64,000 nt of DNA from Candidatus Undinarchaeota archaeon (GTDB lineage Archaea; SpSt-1190; JASMDC01), in contig CAZFHY010000008.1 in the NCBI GenBank assembly GCA_964519305.1, positions 32,001 to 96,000 on the forward strand. Reading direction: 5' to 3'. Below the pieces are notes generated by a model. It saw nothing but the letters and a program-made list of their open reading frames with translations. It ran no database searches and had not been told where the DNA came from. The position numbers were made by a program, and so were the translations under genes. Below, in pieces: positions 37,563-46,549 of the stretch. The first letter of the stretch is position 1. Every line of letters begins with the position of its first letter.

Positions 37563-39425
37563 TTATCCCATGAGGAATAAGTTCGCGCCTTCCCCTACAC
37601 CGGATTCCAGGAGGGATGCGTCGTCCTTGAGCACCTTCTCCCCGAAAACGAGGTCCAGGCGTGAGCTATCAGGAAGGCCGAGCGTAGAGCGGAGCTGGAC
37701 CTTGAGCGTGGAGACCGTCTGGTCCTCGGGTATGGATACGTTAGTGTCCTTTCCCCCCTCGATCGGTGATACGATGAGGTTTACCATCTTGACCTGCCGT
37801 TCCACGGCCGCGAGGTTCTGGCCTTTCTTGAGACCGAGCTCACCTACTTGCGTGGTGCTGGGGACGACCGCACCCTTGAGCTGGGCAACGAGCACTCCGT
37901 TCACACCGACGCGCGTTTTGAGGTTGCTGAGCAGATCGCCTACCGTCGATTCGGCCGAGACGTTTATCGTGTGGACGTTCCCCGCGAGCTGTACACCAAC
38001 GGTGATGAGCTTGTTGAGACGCAATCCAGCGCCCTTGTCGAGCCTAGCAGGATCTACAATGAAATCAGGATTAAGGAACACAGGGCCCTGTGAGAGCACG
38101 TAGTCACCCGTCAGACTGCATCGGGTCTTGAGGAGATCGATGGTCTGGGCAGCAGTGATCCTCCCGGGTACCCCGAACCGTTTCGTCCCACCGATCTCAG
38201 GGATGAACACGGCCAACTGTGCCACGGCCTGTATGGTGACCTCGTCCCCGCTTACAAGACCTGCCTGGCTCACGGTACTCTCTCTGTCAAAAGATTGTCC
38301 TCCACGAACAAGGATGGTGTCCGCGAGCTTGAGACCCGCTTTATTGATAACAGCATCGGCAACGTCCCCGAGGCGTGTCTCCGGGCTTACTGAGTGGACC
38401 ATGGTCCCTCTGTTAGCGGGGAGCGTCACCCGTAGCTGGATGAAGTCCGCGCACACATCAGAGAATTTGAGCCCGGCGTAGATCTCGGGATCGTCGATAT
38501 CCGGGGCGCGATCAGAGGGCACGAGCGCTAACCTACGACCGTGAACGAGGAGATTCGTGCGCTCCCACGTCCCTTCCTGCGAGCGGTCAAGGTCCATTAG
38601 CACGTAGCCCTCACTTTCCCCTGCCATTTTGAAATGCTGGAGCACAAGCTCCTTGAGCGTTGTCTGCTCGAAAAGAGGTGATGTTGGATTGGGCAGGATC
38701 GATTTCAGAGGCTCGATCGGGAACACGAGGAACTCCTTTCCCGGTTCGCCGTCCTGCCAGCCGGTCACGTACACCTGGAACTTCACACCCTGGTGGGCTG
38801 AAAAACACTTCGGGCAGCGGTTACGCTGCAGGTCAAGGACGTTCCCGCATCGGACGCAGACCGTGTGCTGTGCGTCAGCCTGCTGGGTCGTCGCATAGAC
38901 CTTTCCGGACGCTAGGAGCTTGCCGATCACTAGGTTACGTAGGAGGGTCTGCTGTTCTCCACGAAGCTTGGCGATATAGGCCCTTGCTACGTTATCCGGG
39001 ACATCGACCAGCCCTTGTAGCTCAGATACCTGCATACGTTGTATGCTGGCGACCGCCTGATTGAGGAAGGGATTGATCCCCATCTCGGCCCGCTTTGTGA
39101 GCTTTATCCTGTTGCTGCGATACTTGCTGGCGGCCATCTCGGAGAGAAGCTCCACGGTACTTGGATAGGTCCATGTGGTGGGTACCTCTACGTTGAGCAC
39201 GAAGTCCCCCTCCTCCTCGGTGACCCAGGTCTTGGCCCTCTCTAGTACATAATGGACATATAGACCGATGGACTTGAGCCTGTAGATACGCGATAGGTGG
39301 TAGACGGATCCGACGATGCGTGTGAAGTTCTCTAGCAGGGCCTGTCCCGGGTCGTTGGGGTCGAAGGGGTGGACCTGAAAGACCTCATCAATGTTCGCAA
39401 GACGGAAATAATACATCCCTGTCAT
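37563..39425 (-). CDS. Zn-ribbon protein with 4-5 tandem ubiquitin-like (beta-grasp) domains
   Basis: CVRC-x10-CPKC; roughly 72-aa repeats with pattern V.V....TV.DL...L......L...G..L....TL...G...G..L.L; ends in LFLMG. Confidence 0.8.
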   Translation of the reverse strand: MTGMYYFRLANIDEVFQVHPFDPNDPGQALLENFTRIVGSVYHLSRIYRLKSIGLYVHYVLERAKTWVTEEEGDFVLNVEVPTTWTYPSTVELLSEMAASKYRSNRIKLTKRAEMGINPFLNQAVASIQRMQVSELQGLVDVPDNVARAYIAKLRGEQQTLLRNLVIGKLLASGKVYATTQQADAQHTVCVRCGNVLDLQRNRCPKCFSAHQGVKFQVYVTGWQDGEPGKEFLVFPIEPLKSILPNPTSPLFEQTTLKELVLQHFKMAGESEGYVLMDLDRSQEGTWERTNLLVHGRRLALVPSDRAPDIDDPEIYAGLKFSDVCADFIQLRVTLPANRGTMVHSVSPETRLGDVADAVINKAGLKLADTILVRGGQSFDRESTVSQAGLVSGDEVTIQAVAQLAVFIPEIGGTKRFGVPGRITAAQTIDLLKTRCSLTGDYVLSQGPVFLNPDFIVDPARLDKGAGLRLNKLITVGVQLAGNVHTINVSAESTVGDLLSNLKTRVGVNGVLVAQLKGAVVPSTTQVGELGLKKGQNLAAVERQVKMVNLIVSPIEGGKDTNVSIPEDQTVSTLKVQLRSTLGLPDSSRLDLVFGEKVLKDDASLLESGVGEGANLFLMG

Positions 39426-39470
39426 AGGTCACGGCTCCCGGGTCCGTCACGATGGGGCACGAATACCTAT

Positions 39471-39480
39471 TTAATATTAA
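39471..39480. promoter_or_regulatory. Palindromic TATA element TTAATATTAA between the multi-Ubl and tubulin-like genes
   Basis: Perfect palindrome centred 26.5 nt from the tubulin ATG, the same spacing as other apparently leaderless genes here. Confidence 0.65.
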
Positions 39481-39501
39481 TCCCCTCCCGATGTCTCAGA
39501 G

Positions 39502-40785
39502 ATGTACGGTGCAGTGGGACTTGGTCAGTGCGGTATGAAGATACTCGACCAGTTGTATATGAACCTGAAGAACGAGAAGACGTTCCTTGACTTCTTCAAA
39601 CAGGACCCGTCAGTGTTCATTACTCCCGTATGTATCACCTCGGGTTTCACCGACTACTACCGTGCATGCCCCAACCTTCGCAAGGCTTTCAAGCTCGATC
39701 CGGTCGTGGGAATCGGGATCGATGGCTCGTGCATCGCCCCTGCCCTGGGAAAGACTGACCAGACAGATTTCGAGGGTCGCGTTAAGGGGGGGATGGGCGC
39801 AACGCCTTGGAAGGGCCACATCCTTCTCGAGGAACACCAGAACGAGTTCCTGAGCGAGTTCCGCCGTCTCCTACACCTTAAGATGGGAGAGAACGGGCCT
39901 CCGGTCATCCTCATGGTGTTCGGTGCAGGGGGCGGTACGGGTTCCGGTACTGCACCTAAGATCGCAGAGTTCCTCAAGCTGGTCTATCCGAACACGCCCA
40001 TCATCGCTGTCGCAGTGCTCCCTGCCGAGGAGAGCGAAGGCTACATGCGTGCATGGAACGCGGTCTGGAACATCACCAAGATGCTCGACCTAGTCGACGG
40101 GCTCATCGTCGTCGATAACCAGGTGGTCCTCGAGCGCGGTCACGGAGCGTTCATCGAGAAGATACCGGTGTTCAACGAGATGGTGGTAGACTCCCTGAAG
40201 AACCTCGTGCTCGACCTCATCGTGTCCATACAGGACTCAACGGGCAAGCTAAACCTGCCCGCTTTCGACATTGCGGACTACATCAGAGCTCTTGCCTATA
40301 TGCCGGGTAAACCCGGTATCGCCTCGATCGGTCGTAGCCAGATGTTCCTTAGCTTCTCGGAGACGCTGCTCCCCTTCTTATCGAAGGACAAGACCCAGCA
40401 GGTCGCCGATGAGACAATGAAGTGCTGGTCGAAACAGCTCATGACCGGGCTGGAAGAGACGCTCCCCGTCTCTGCTGCCATGGTGTTCAAGGTGAACAAG
40501 AAGTACCTGAACAAGGTATACTTCGAGAACATCACCAAGGACCAAGAGTCCCGACTCACTCGCAAGGAGCTCCATCATGGAGTTGTCCCCACCGACAATC
40601 CCGAGATATCCGTAACAACGTCCTTCACCTACAGACCACAGGACGTGAGGCGATTGAAGGAGCTCGAGGTCAAGGGGAACGCGTGGGCCAGAAAGACACT
40701 CCGTGAAGCGAAAAACACCTCACCGGACGAGGCACAAGCGCTATTCGATAACGTTACTGAGATGGAGTTCTTCTCAGGGGGGTAG
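39502..40785 (+). CDS. Divergent tubulin/FtsZ superfamily GTPase (CetZ-like)
   Basis: GLGQCG, GGMGATPWKG, GAGGGTGSG signature, LP..SEG..R..NA, IVVDNQ, FN, and T7-like FDIADY. Confidence 0.9.
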   Translation: MYGAVGLGQCGMKILDQLYMNLKNEKTFLDFFKQDPSVFITPVCITSGFTDYYRACPNLRKAFKLDPVVGIGIDGSCIAPALGKTDQTDFEGRVKGGMGATPWKGHILLEEHQNEFLSEFRRLLHLKMGENGPPVILMVFGAGGGTGSGTAPKIAEFLKLVYPNTPIIAVAVLPAEESEGYMRAWNAVWNITKMLDLVDGLIVVDNQVVLERGHGAFIEKIPVFNEMVVDSLKNLVLDLIVSIQDSTGKLNLPAFDIADYIRALAYMPGKPGIASIGRSQMFLSFSETLLPFLSKDKTQQVADETMKCWSKQLMTGLEETLPVSAAMVFKVNKKYLNKVYFENITKDQESRLTRKELHHGVVPTDNPEISVTTSFTYRPQDVRRLKELEVKGNAWARKTLREAKNTSPDEAQALFDNVTEMEFFSGG

Positions 40786-40806
40786 GCGATAGCTTCTCCT
40801 CGCTCC

Positions 40807-42759
40807 ATGCATCTCTTCGCATTGGTGCTTGTATGTACAGTGATGATCTCGCCAGCGCTCGCACTGAAGACATGCGATTCGCTGGGCCCTCTTCGAGAGG
40901 GCGCGTCCGAGAACTGCACCTTCCCGCACGTCTCGGCGACCGAGGGCATTGTCGTGGACGTGGACCCTGCATCCGTCGCATCCTACACGACCGTGTCATT
41001 CCCGCCTACGGGCTCCAATTTCGAGGTGATCGTCAATGTGACGGCACCACCTTACCGCCTTGTCGTCGAGAATCCACAGCTCAACCTCACCCTGGTAAAC
41101 CGTACATCCGGTACTGTACGGACATGGGCCACGGTCGAAGTGAAGCCCCGGGAACCGGTCGGACTGCTCTGTCCCGAAGCTCCCATCTCCCTGGACCTCG
41201 GCGATAACCTTGACGTGAGCGCATGGGCCTTCGCCACAGATGCGAACGTATCCGCGACCTTCGATGACTCGGTGCTCAATCTCGAGTACGCCCAGAACGT
41301 CACCAGCATGATCCAGGGCATCGTGAAGCTCGCTTCCTTCCGTGCGATCGGCAGCGGTTCCTCGACCATCACCCTTACGGCAACGGGAGAGGGTGATGTG
41401 GTCCTGGACACATGCGAGATCGAAGCCACGGTAAAGGGGAAGGTAACGGGCCCTGAGGTCGACATACCTGTCGTTCTGCCGACAGCCGAGCTCACGACCA
41501 CTGCTACGGTCCTACAGGGGAACGAGACCTTCAACGCCACTGTGACCTTCACGAATGAACAGCGCACCGACCGCATCCTCACAATCTCTGTGAACACAGA
41601 GGCGTTCGATGTGCTCGGCAGCTGGAAGGACGGGGAGCGGACCGAGCTCCTCGTGATGAAGCCCGTTGCGGGGACTGTCATCGTTCTCACGCTCCGCCCG
41701 CGGTTCAACGGGACGGATACACTGCGCGTCACCTACTCGTTCGAGCGGAACGATACGGTTGAGACACTGGTCCGTGCCCCTATCACAAAGCTGGCCTCGG
41801 GAGCTTTCCAGATTATATTCTCGCGCGACCGCCTCGAGGTGTTCCCCGGCGACACGGTCGATACGACCGTCTCTGTCACCGGAGTTCCTGATATTGTCCT
41901 CCCTCTGAACATAACCGTTACTAGCAGTGAGACGTTTGCATCATCCTCTAAGGTGATTCAGGTCGCATCCGGGAAATCCTATGCGCTAAAAGACCTGGGT
42001 CTCGTACCGACTACTTCAGGTCTCCATGCTATATGTGGCGTTATCAAGGATCTATCGGGCGAAGGATGCACCGAGCTGCTCGTTCGAACACCACTTGTCC
42101 AGAGCCTGGCTGTCGGAACCACGTCACAGCGCACCTTCACCGGGATGGCATCACGGTTCCCGATCTCGATCATACTAACAGGGACGGTACCGGCCGACCT
42201 TGTTCGCATCCTCAAGCTGACCGATACCGGAGGTTGTGCCACAGGTCTGAAGGTGGAAGGCCTGACGGTGGCCAACGAAGGATGGTCCGTGCCCGCACGC
42301 GCAGAGGTCAACGGGACCGTTGTCTACTCTTCAACCGGAGGCGCCTGTGAAGTCTCCGTTAATATCACCTGCACTGACGGCAGGTGCGATGATAGTTCGT
42401 CTTCATTGAGCATCGAGACGGTAGCGCTTGATAGCCTCGCTACGGCCGCGATCTCCGTGGAATCGCTCCATGAACGAGAGGACCTCCTTGGACAGCGTGC
42501 TATTGTTGAGAACGAGCGGGCGAAAAAGGCCAAGACGAACGCCGCGGTAGGTGGCGTTCCGGGCATCCTGTTCGGTTTCGGGCTTGGTGGCCTGCTTGCA
42601 GCTCTGATCGGGTTCGCCATTGTAAGGGGAGCTCCCGTACCAAAGAAAAGCAAGGGGCCGGAGATGAGCGCGAAAGAGGACGTTCCGGCTCATGCCGAGG
42701 TCGACGATGATGAGGCCGAGGATGAAGGCTACTGGGAGGGTGAGGACGATGAGGAATAA
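40807..42759 (+). CDS. Exported beta-rich (Ig-like repeat) protein with coiled stalk, C-terminal TM and acidic tail
   Basis: Signal peptide ending ALA; Thr/Val-rich beta-strand pattern; TM GILFGFGLGGLLAALIGFAIV. Confidence 0.75.
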   Translation: MHLFALVLVCTVMISPALALKTCDSLGPLREGASENCTFPHVSATEGIVVDVDPASVASYTTVSFPPTGSNFEVIVNVTAPPYRLVVENPQLNLTLVNRTSGTVRTWATVEVKPREPVGLLCPEAPISLDLGDNLDVSAWAFATDANVSATFDDSVLNLEYAQNVTSMIQGIVKLASFRAIGSGSSTITLTATGEGDVVLDTCEIEATVKGKVTGPEVDIPVVLPTAELTTTATVLQGNETFNATVTFTNEQRTDRILTISVNTEAFDVLGSWKDGERTELLVMKPVAGTVIVLTLRPRFNGTDTLRVTYSFERNDTVETLVRAPITKLASGAFQIIFSRDRLEVFPGDTVDTTVSVTGVPDIVLPLNITVTSSETFASSSKVIQVASGKSYALKDLGLVPTTSGLHAICGVIKDLSGEGCTELLVRTPLVQSLAVGTTSQRTFTGMASRFPISIILTGTVPADLVRILKLTDTGGCATGLKVEGLTVANEGWSVPARAEVNGTVVYSSTGGACEVSVNITCTDGRCDDSSSSLSIETVALDSLATAAISVESLHEREDLLGQRAIVENERAKKAKTNAAVGGVPGILFGFGLGGLLAALIGFAIVRGAPVPKKSKGPEMSAKEDVPAHAEVDDDEAEDEGYWEGEDDEE

Positions 42760-43675
42760 GTACACAGTCCTCCTGCTCTCATTGATACTCATCAGCGGAT
42801 GCACACAGTTCGTGTTCGAGGGCGAACCACCGGCCTGCGAGCCCGATAAGGGTGTTCCCAAGGACTGTATGGATCTTATCAATCCTGTCCGCGGGAGAAT
42901 TGACGCTAAGTTCGTCGAAGGATATGTTGATGATCCTGTCCTGGCCAACGTCTCCATTTGCGAGACGGGAGAACAGGCGCTCAGTGGAGTGACCGGGTGT
43001 ACTCCGGAATCCTTCAAGCATGTCATGTCGGGCTTCATATCAGAGGTCACGCGTGCTGTATCCGGATCGGGACCCCGCGTCGATAAGCTCATCACCGATC
43101 GGATGGAGATATCCTGGGCCACGATATGTGACCGGCCCTCATGTGTACATGATTCGTTGATGACCGCCAGCCGTGCACTAAGGCTATCCCGGTACACAGC
43201 GGACCTGCGCAATGGTACGGTCCCGACGTCGGAAGAGCTCGCGGTATTGACTGTACCCGAGCGCAAGCTCCTTCTCGACTATCCCTCGTTGTACGAGTCG
43301 CGTGTCGTCGAGGCCGGAGAGGAATCACAGAAGAACATCAAGGAATTTGGAGTATCGGGGCTCGGGCCCGAGGCACCTCTTGAGACCTTCAAGGAGGAAC
43401 TCGAGAAGTCCAAGACGTTGTTGGCGGATGAAGGCGAACGTATCCCCGGTCTCGTGACAATGCGGATTCTCCCGGCCGCGCTGGTCGGATGCTTCCTTGT
43501 GCTTATCATCATCATCGCTTACGACCGCAAGTATCGTGCACAGATCGAGTTCTGGAAGACGTTCACAAGCTCCACCAACATCGTCCATCCCCGGTCGGTG
43601 GCCCTAGGTGCCCTGGGGGTGTCTGTTGTACTGGCCATCGCTGGTGCGGTGCTCCTGCTCCTGGGGCGTGGTTGA
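42749..43675 (+). CDS. Putative lipoprotein, helical, with two C-terminal TMs
   Basis: MRNKYTVLLLSLILISGC lipobox; start overlaps the upstream stop. Confidence 0.75.
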   Translation: MRNKYTVLLLSLILISGCTQFVFEGEPPACEPDKGVPKDCMDLINPVRGRIDAKFVEGYVDDPVLANVSICETGEQALSGVTGCTPESFKHVMSGFISEVTRAVSGSGPRVDKLITDRMEISWATICDRPSCVHDSLMTASRALRLSRYTADLRNGTVPTSEELAVLTVPERKLLLDYPSLYESRVVEAGEESQKNIKEFGVSGLGPEAPLETFKEELEKSKTLLADEGERIPGLVTMRILPAALVGCFLVLIIIIAYDRKYRAQIEFWKTFTSSTNIVHPRSVALGALGVSVVLAIAGAVLLLLGRG

Positions 43676-46549
43676 ATGGCTCGTCTCAATAGCACGTTAG
43701 TCGTCCTATTGATTCTCCTTTGCTTGTCCGCCGTGGCAGAAGAGTTCAGCATCACGGGCACCGCCCAGGTCATCGCCTCAAAGGAACCATATGATTACGC
43801 GACCGATGCGGACCTTCTCACGGTAAGGATCACCACCAATCAGAACTCACAGGCGCAGGTCAAGGACGACCGTGGCCGTGTCCTCGGTACCGACGCCACC
43901 TGGTCCAAGAACCACGATATCATGATAGGGAAGCTGAGCTCTGGCGGCTACCAGCTCAAGATAGAGGCCTACAATCTGACCGGTAGCCAGGACTATGCAT
44001 TCGTCTCCTTCAACGTGGCAAAAGCTCGTGCCAACCTACGCACGGTCCCGGTAGAGTATACAAAGGACATCGAGATCCCATGTCGCTCTTCTGGAGCCGT
44101 GAAGATAACCGACAGCCTTTCCCTGACGAATCAGGGTAAGCTCGACGCGTACAACGTCGTGGCACAACTGGACTCATCGTACATGTGTAATGAGGATGGG
44201 GATTGTCCCCTGGAGATCAGCCTTGGTGACCGTTACGAGAATAAAATGAGCTTCAGTGAGGTCCGTTCGGCACAGATTCAGTACATCACGCTCAACATGA
44301 AGACCGTGCAGGTCCTCACACCATGGACGACCTACTCGACACCCCTTCGTATCGAGGGTTCGAACGCACTTGAGATAGTCGTGGACCTGAACATTAGGTT
44401 CGTACCGGCGCTGGACGTGAGAGTGAGCCCTGATACGTTCTCATTCGAGAACGCTTGCGGTAACGAGGAACGGACCATTACCATCGAGGACCGCTGCTGC
44501 GTTTTCGACCTGCCATTGGCCGTTGATGTGAACGTGGACGACCATCCGTTCATATTCGATACGACCAGCTATACGGTCCCCAAGTGCGGGAAGGCGACCG
44601 TCGACTTCAGTCTGGCCAACCTCACACTCCTGGAGGGTGAGGAGGAGAAGCAGGATGAATACAAGATCAACCTACGCTTCGGGGATGAAATGCTCCAGAT
44701 CCCCGCCGATGTGTTGGTCCGACCTCCAGAGCTACGTCTGAGCCCCCGGTCGATCGGGCTGGACGCACCCTGCAAGGGAGAGCTCAAACAGCCTATCGAG
44801 CTGTACGTACCTTCCACGTCCGGTTGCGTTCGTGACCTTGAGCTGAACATAACGGGCAATGTCAAGGATTTCACGTTCGAGTTCGAAGCTGAAAAGACAA
44901 ACAACCTGTCTCCTGGTGACCGGATAAGCGGGACCATGAATATTAATGTCCCGAAGTACATCAAGGCAGGCGAGTATGCAGGCCGTCTAGTGGCGAAATA
45001 TCCGCGCACGAAGACCGAAACGGCAAAGAAAGAGATGGTAATGTTCCTACGTGTACCGCGCTTCGACTACCTCCTCAAGTCCGAGAGGGTGGACATGCGT
45101 GAACTCCCTTGTGGTGATTTCCGGGCCCAGAACATTACGATCGTAGAGGTCGATGGGGGTTGTGCCGAGGGGATCACGGGCGAGATAGTGAACTGCGACT
45201 TCAATAATACCTTCATCACCGTCGCCGAGGACACTATCGGTGTGTCGGCAAAGGAGAGCGGTGACTTCGATCTCGAGGTCAACGTGCCCCATTACCTACC
45301 GCCGGATACGTATTCATGCGGGCTGCTCATCACTGTGCCTGAGCGTGGTGACCGTACGATCCCATTCTCCTTCACGATCCCCCATCCACAGCTCATGATA
45401 GAGATGCCGGACAAGCTCACGCTCTACAAGGAACGCCCCCCGTCGATCACGGGTAACACGAGCCTCACTCTGGCAGAGGTGGGCGGGTTCACCCCTCTCC
45501 GGAACATAACGTTCGATGTCGTTGCCAAGGTTTGCCCCGTTGGGGCCGCGGAGGCGTGCGTGCGCTATGCCAAGGCAGTAGAGACGCCCCTGCCCGTGTT
45601 CGAGATCGACAAGGGGAGCCGGCTCACTGTGCCGATAGGCCTTGGGTTCGACTTCTCCGATCCAAGGGGGGATTACACGATGGGTCTTGTAGTCGATGCT
45701 CTGAACGATGACAGGGCCGCAGAGGAGAGACCCATGGAGTTCGAGATCATCCCACCGAGCTGTCGGAAGGCCAGGGACGATATCAAGCTCATCGATAAAC
45801 GGTTCCCAGAAGTGAAAAAGGCTCTGCGCGACTTCCTCGTCCACTGTGATGACTGGTCCAAGCGGGATCCTGTCATGTCTGCGAAAGCCGCATCCCTCGT
45901 ATCATCCTTCTCGGTGTTCTCGACGAACGTGCTCACTCTCAACGAGATGACACGGAGCCATAACCTAACGTCCGTACGCGCTCTCTCAATCCTGCGTTCG
46001 ACCGAGCGTAACCTCGAAGCGTTGTGTATCGATATCGATGAGGCGCGGCCGATCTGCGAGATGGCCAACGCCACGCTCCTGACGACGCTCGAGGAAGTAG
46101 GAAGGTACTACTGCATGAACTCCACGACGCGTTCCGAGCGTCTGCGTCACAACGGTGCCATGTCCAACGTGTTCCTCGAACGTGTGAACCTGCGCTGTAC
46201 GATCATCGACAATCTGGACGTCGTGTCGACGAGGTACGACAACGTCCAAGCGCTCAGGCAGGAGGCATTGGGGGACCGTATCCTTCCGCCTCGTGCGTTG
46301 GAGAAGTACGCTCGACTGATCGCAGAGTACAGGGATATCGAGAAAGGCTATGCTGACCTTGGGCTCACAGATGATGTCGAAAAAGTGAAGGGTGAACGCA
46401 TCATCATCGAGAGCGAACGCGAGGACCTGGCACTGCTCTGGTCGACATTGATCAACGTGGTCGTCGCCTTCGCGTTCATGGTCACGGTCATCATCACTGG
46501 TATGTACGTGCGTTATCGTATCAAGACGCAGAAGGTGCTTGAGCTGTGA
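43676..46549 (+). CDS. Large exported protein: Ig-like repeats, helical stalk, C-terminal TM
   Basis: Signal peptide; repeated units with G.Y.G.L and PC motifs; helical C-terminal third; TM followed by YVRY. Confidence 0.78.
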   Translation: MARLNSTLVVLLILLCLSAVAEEFSITGTAQVIASKEPYDYATDADLLTVRITTNQNSQAQVKDDRGRVLGTDATWSKNHDIMIGKLSSGGYQLKIEAYNLTGSQDYAFVSFNVAKARANLRTVPVEYTKDIEIPCRSSGAVKITDSLSLTNQGKLDAYNVVAQLDSSYMCNEDGDCPLEISLGDRYENKMSFSEVRSAQIQYITLNMKTVQVLTPWTTYSTPLRIEGSNALEIVVDLNIRFVPALDVRVSPDTFSFENACGNEERTITIEDRCCVFDLPLAVDVNVDDHPFIFDTTSYTVPKCGKATVDFSLANLTLLEGEEEKQDEYKINLRFGDEMLQIPADVLVRPPELRLSPRSIGLDAPCKGELKQPIELYVPSTSGCVRDLELNITGNVKDFTFEFEAEKTNNLSPGDRISGTMNINVPKYIKAGEYAGRLVAKYPRTKTETAKKEMVMFLRVPRFDYLLKSERVDMRELPCGDFRAQNITIVEVDGGCAEGITGEIVNCDFNNTFITVAEDTIGVSAKESGDFDLEVNVPHYLPPDTYSCGLLITVPERGDRTIPFSFTIPHPQLMIEMPDKLTLYKERPPSITGNTSLTLAEVGGFTPLRNITFDVVAKVCPVGAAEACVRYAKAVETPLPVFEIDKGSRLTVPIGLGFDFSDPRGDYTMGLVVDALNDDRAAEERPMEFEIIPPSCRKARDDIKLIDKRFPEVKKALRDFLVHCDDWSKRDPVMSAKAASLVSSFSVFSTNVLTLNEMTRSHNLTSVRALSILRSTERNLEALCIDIDEARPICEMANATLLTTLEEVGRYYCMNSTTRSERLRHNGAMSNVFLERVNLRCTIIDNLDVVSTRYDNVQALRQEALGDRILPPRALEKYARLIAEYRDIEKGYADLGLTDDVEKVKGERIIIESEREDLALLWSTLINVVVAFAFMVTVIITGMYVRYRIKTQKVLEL

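Noticed and set aside
37563-38444. Eukaryote-like ubiquitin conjugation operon
   Set aside because: No E1, E2, RING or JAB genes adjacent, and no di-Gly at the Ubl ends
42541-42630. VPG before the C-terminal TM as a PGF-CTERM archaeosortase signal
   Set aside because: The motif is PGI rather than PGF and is followed by a long acidic tail instead of a short basic terminus
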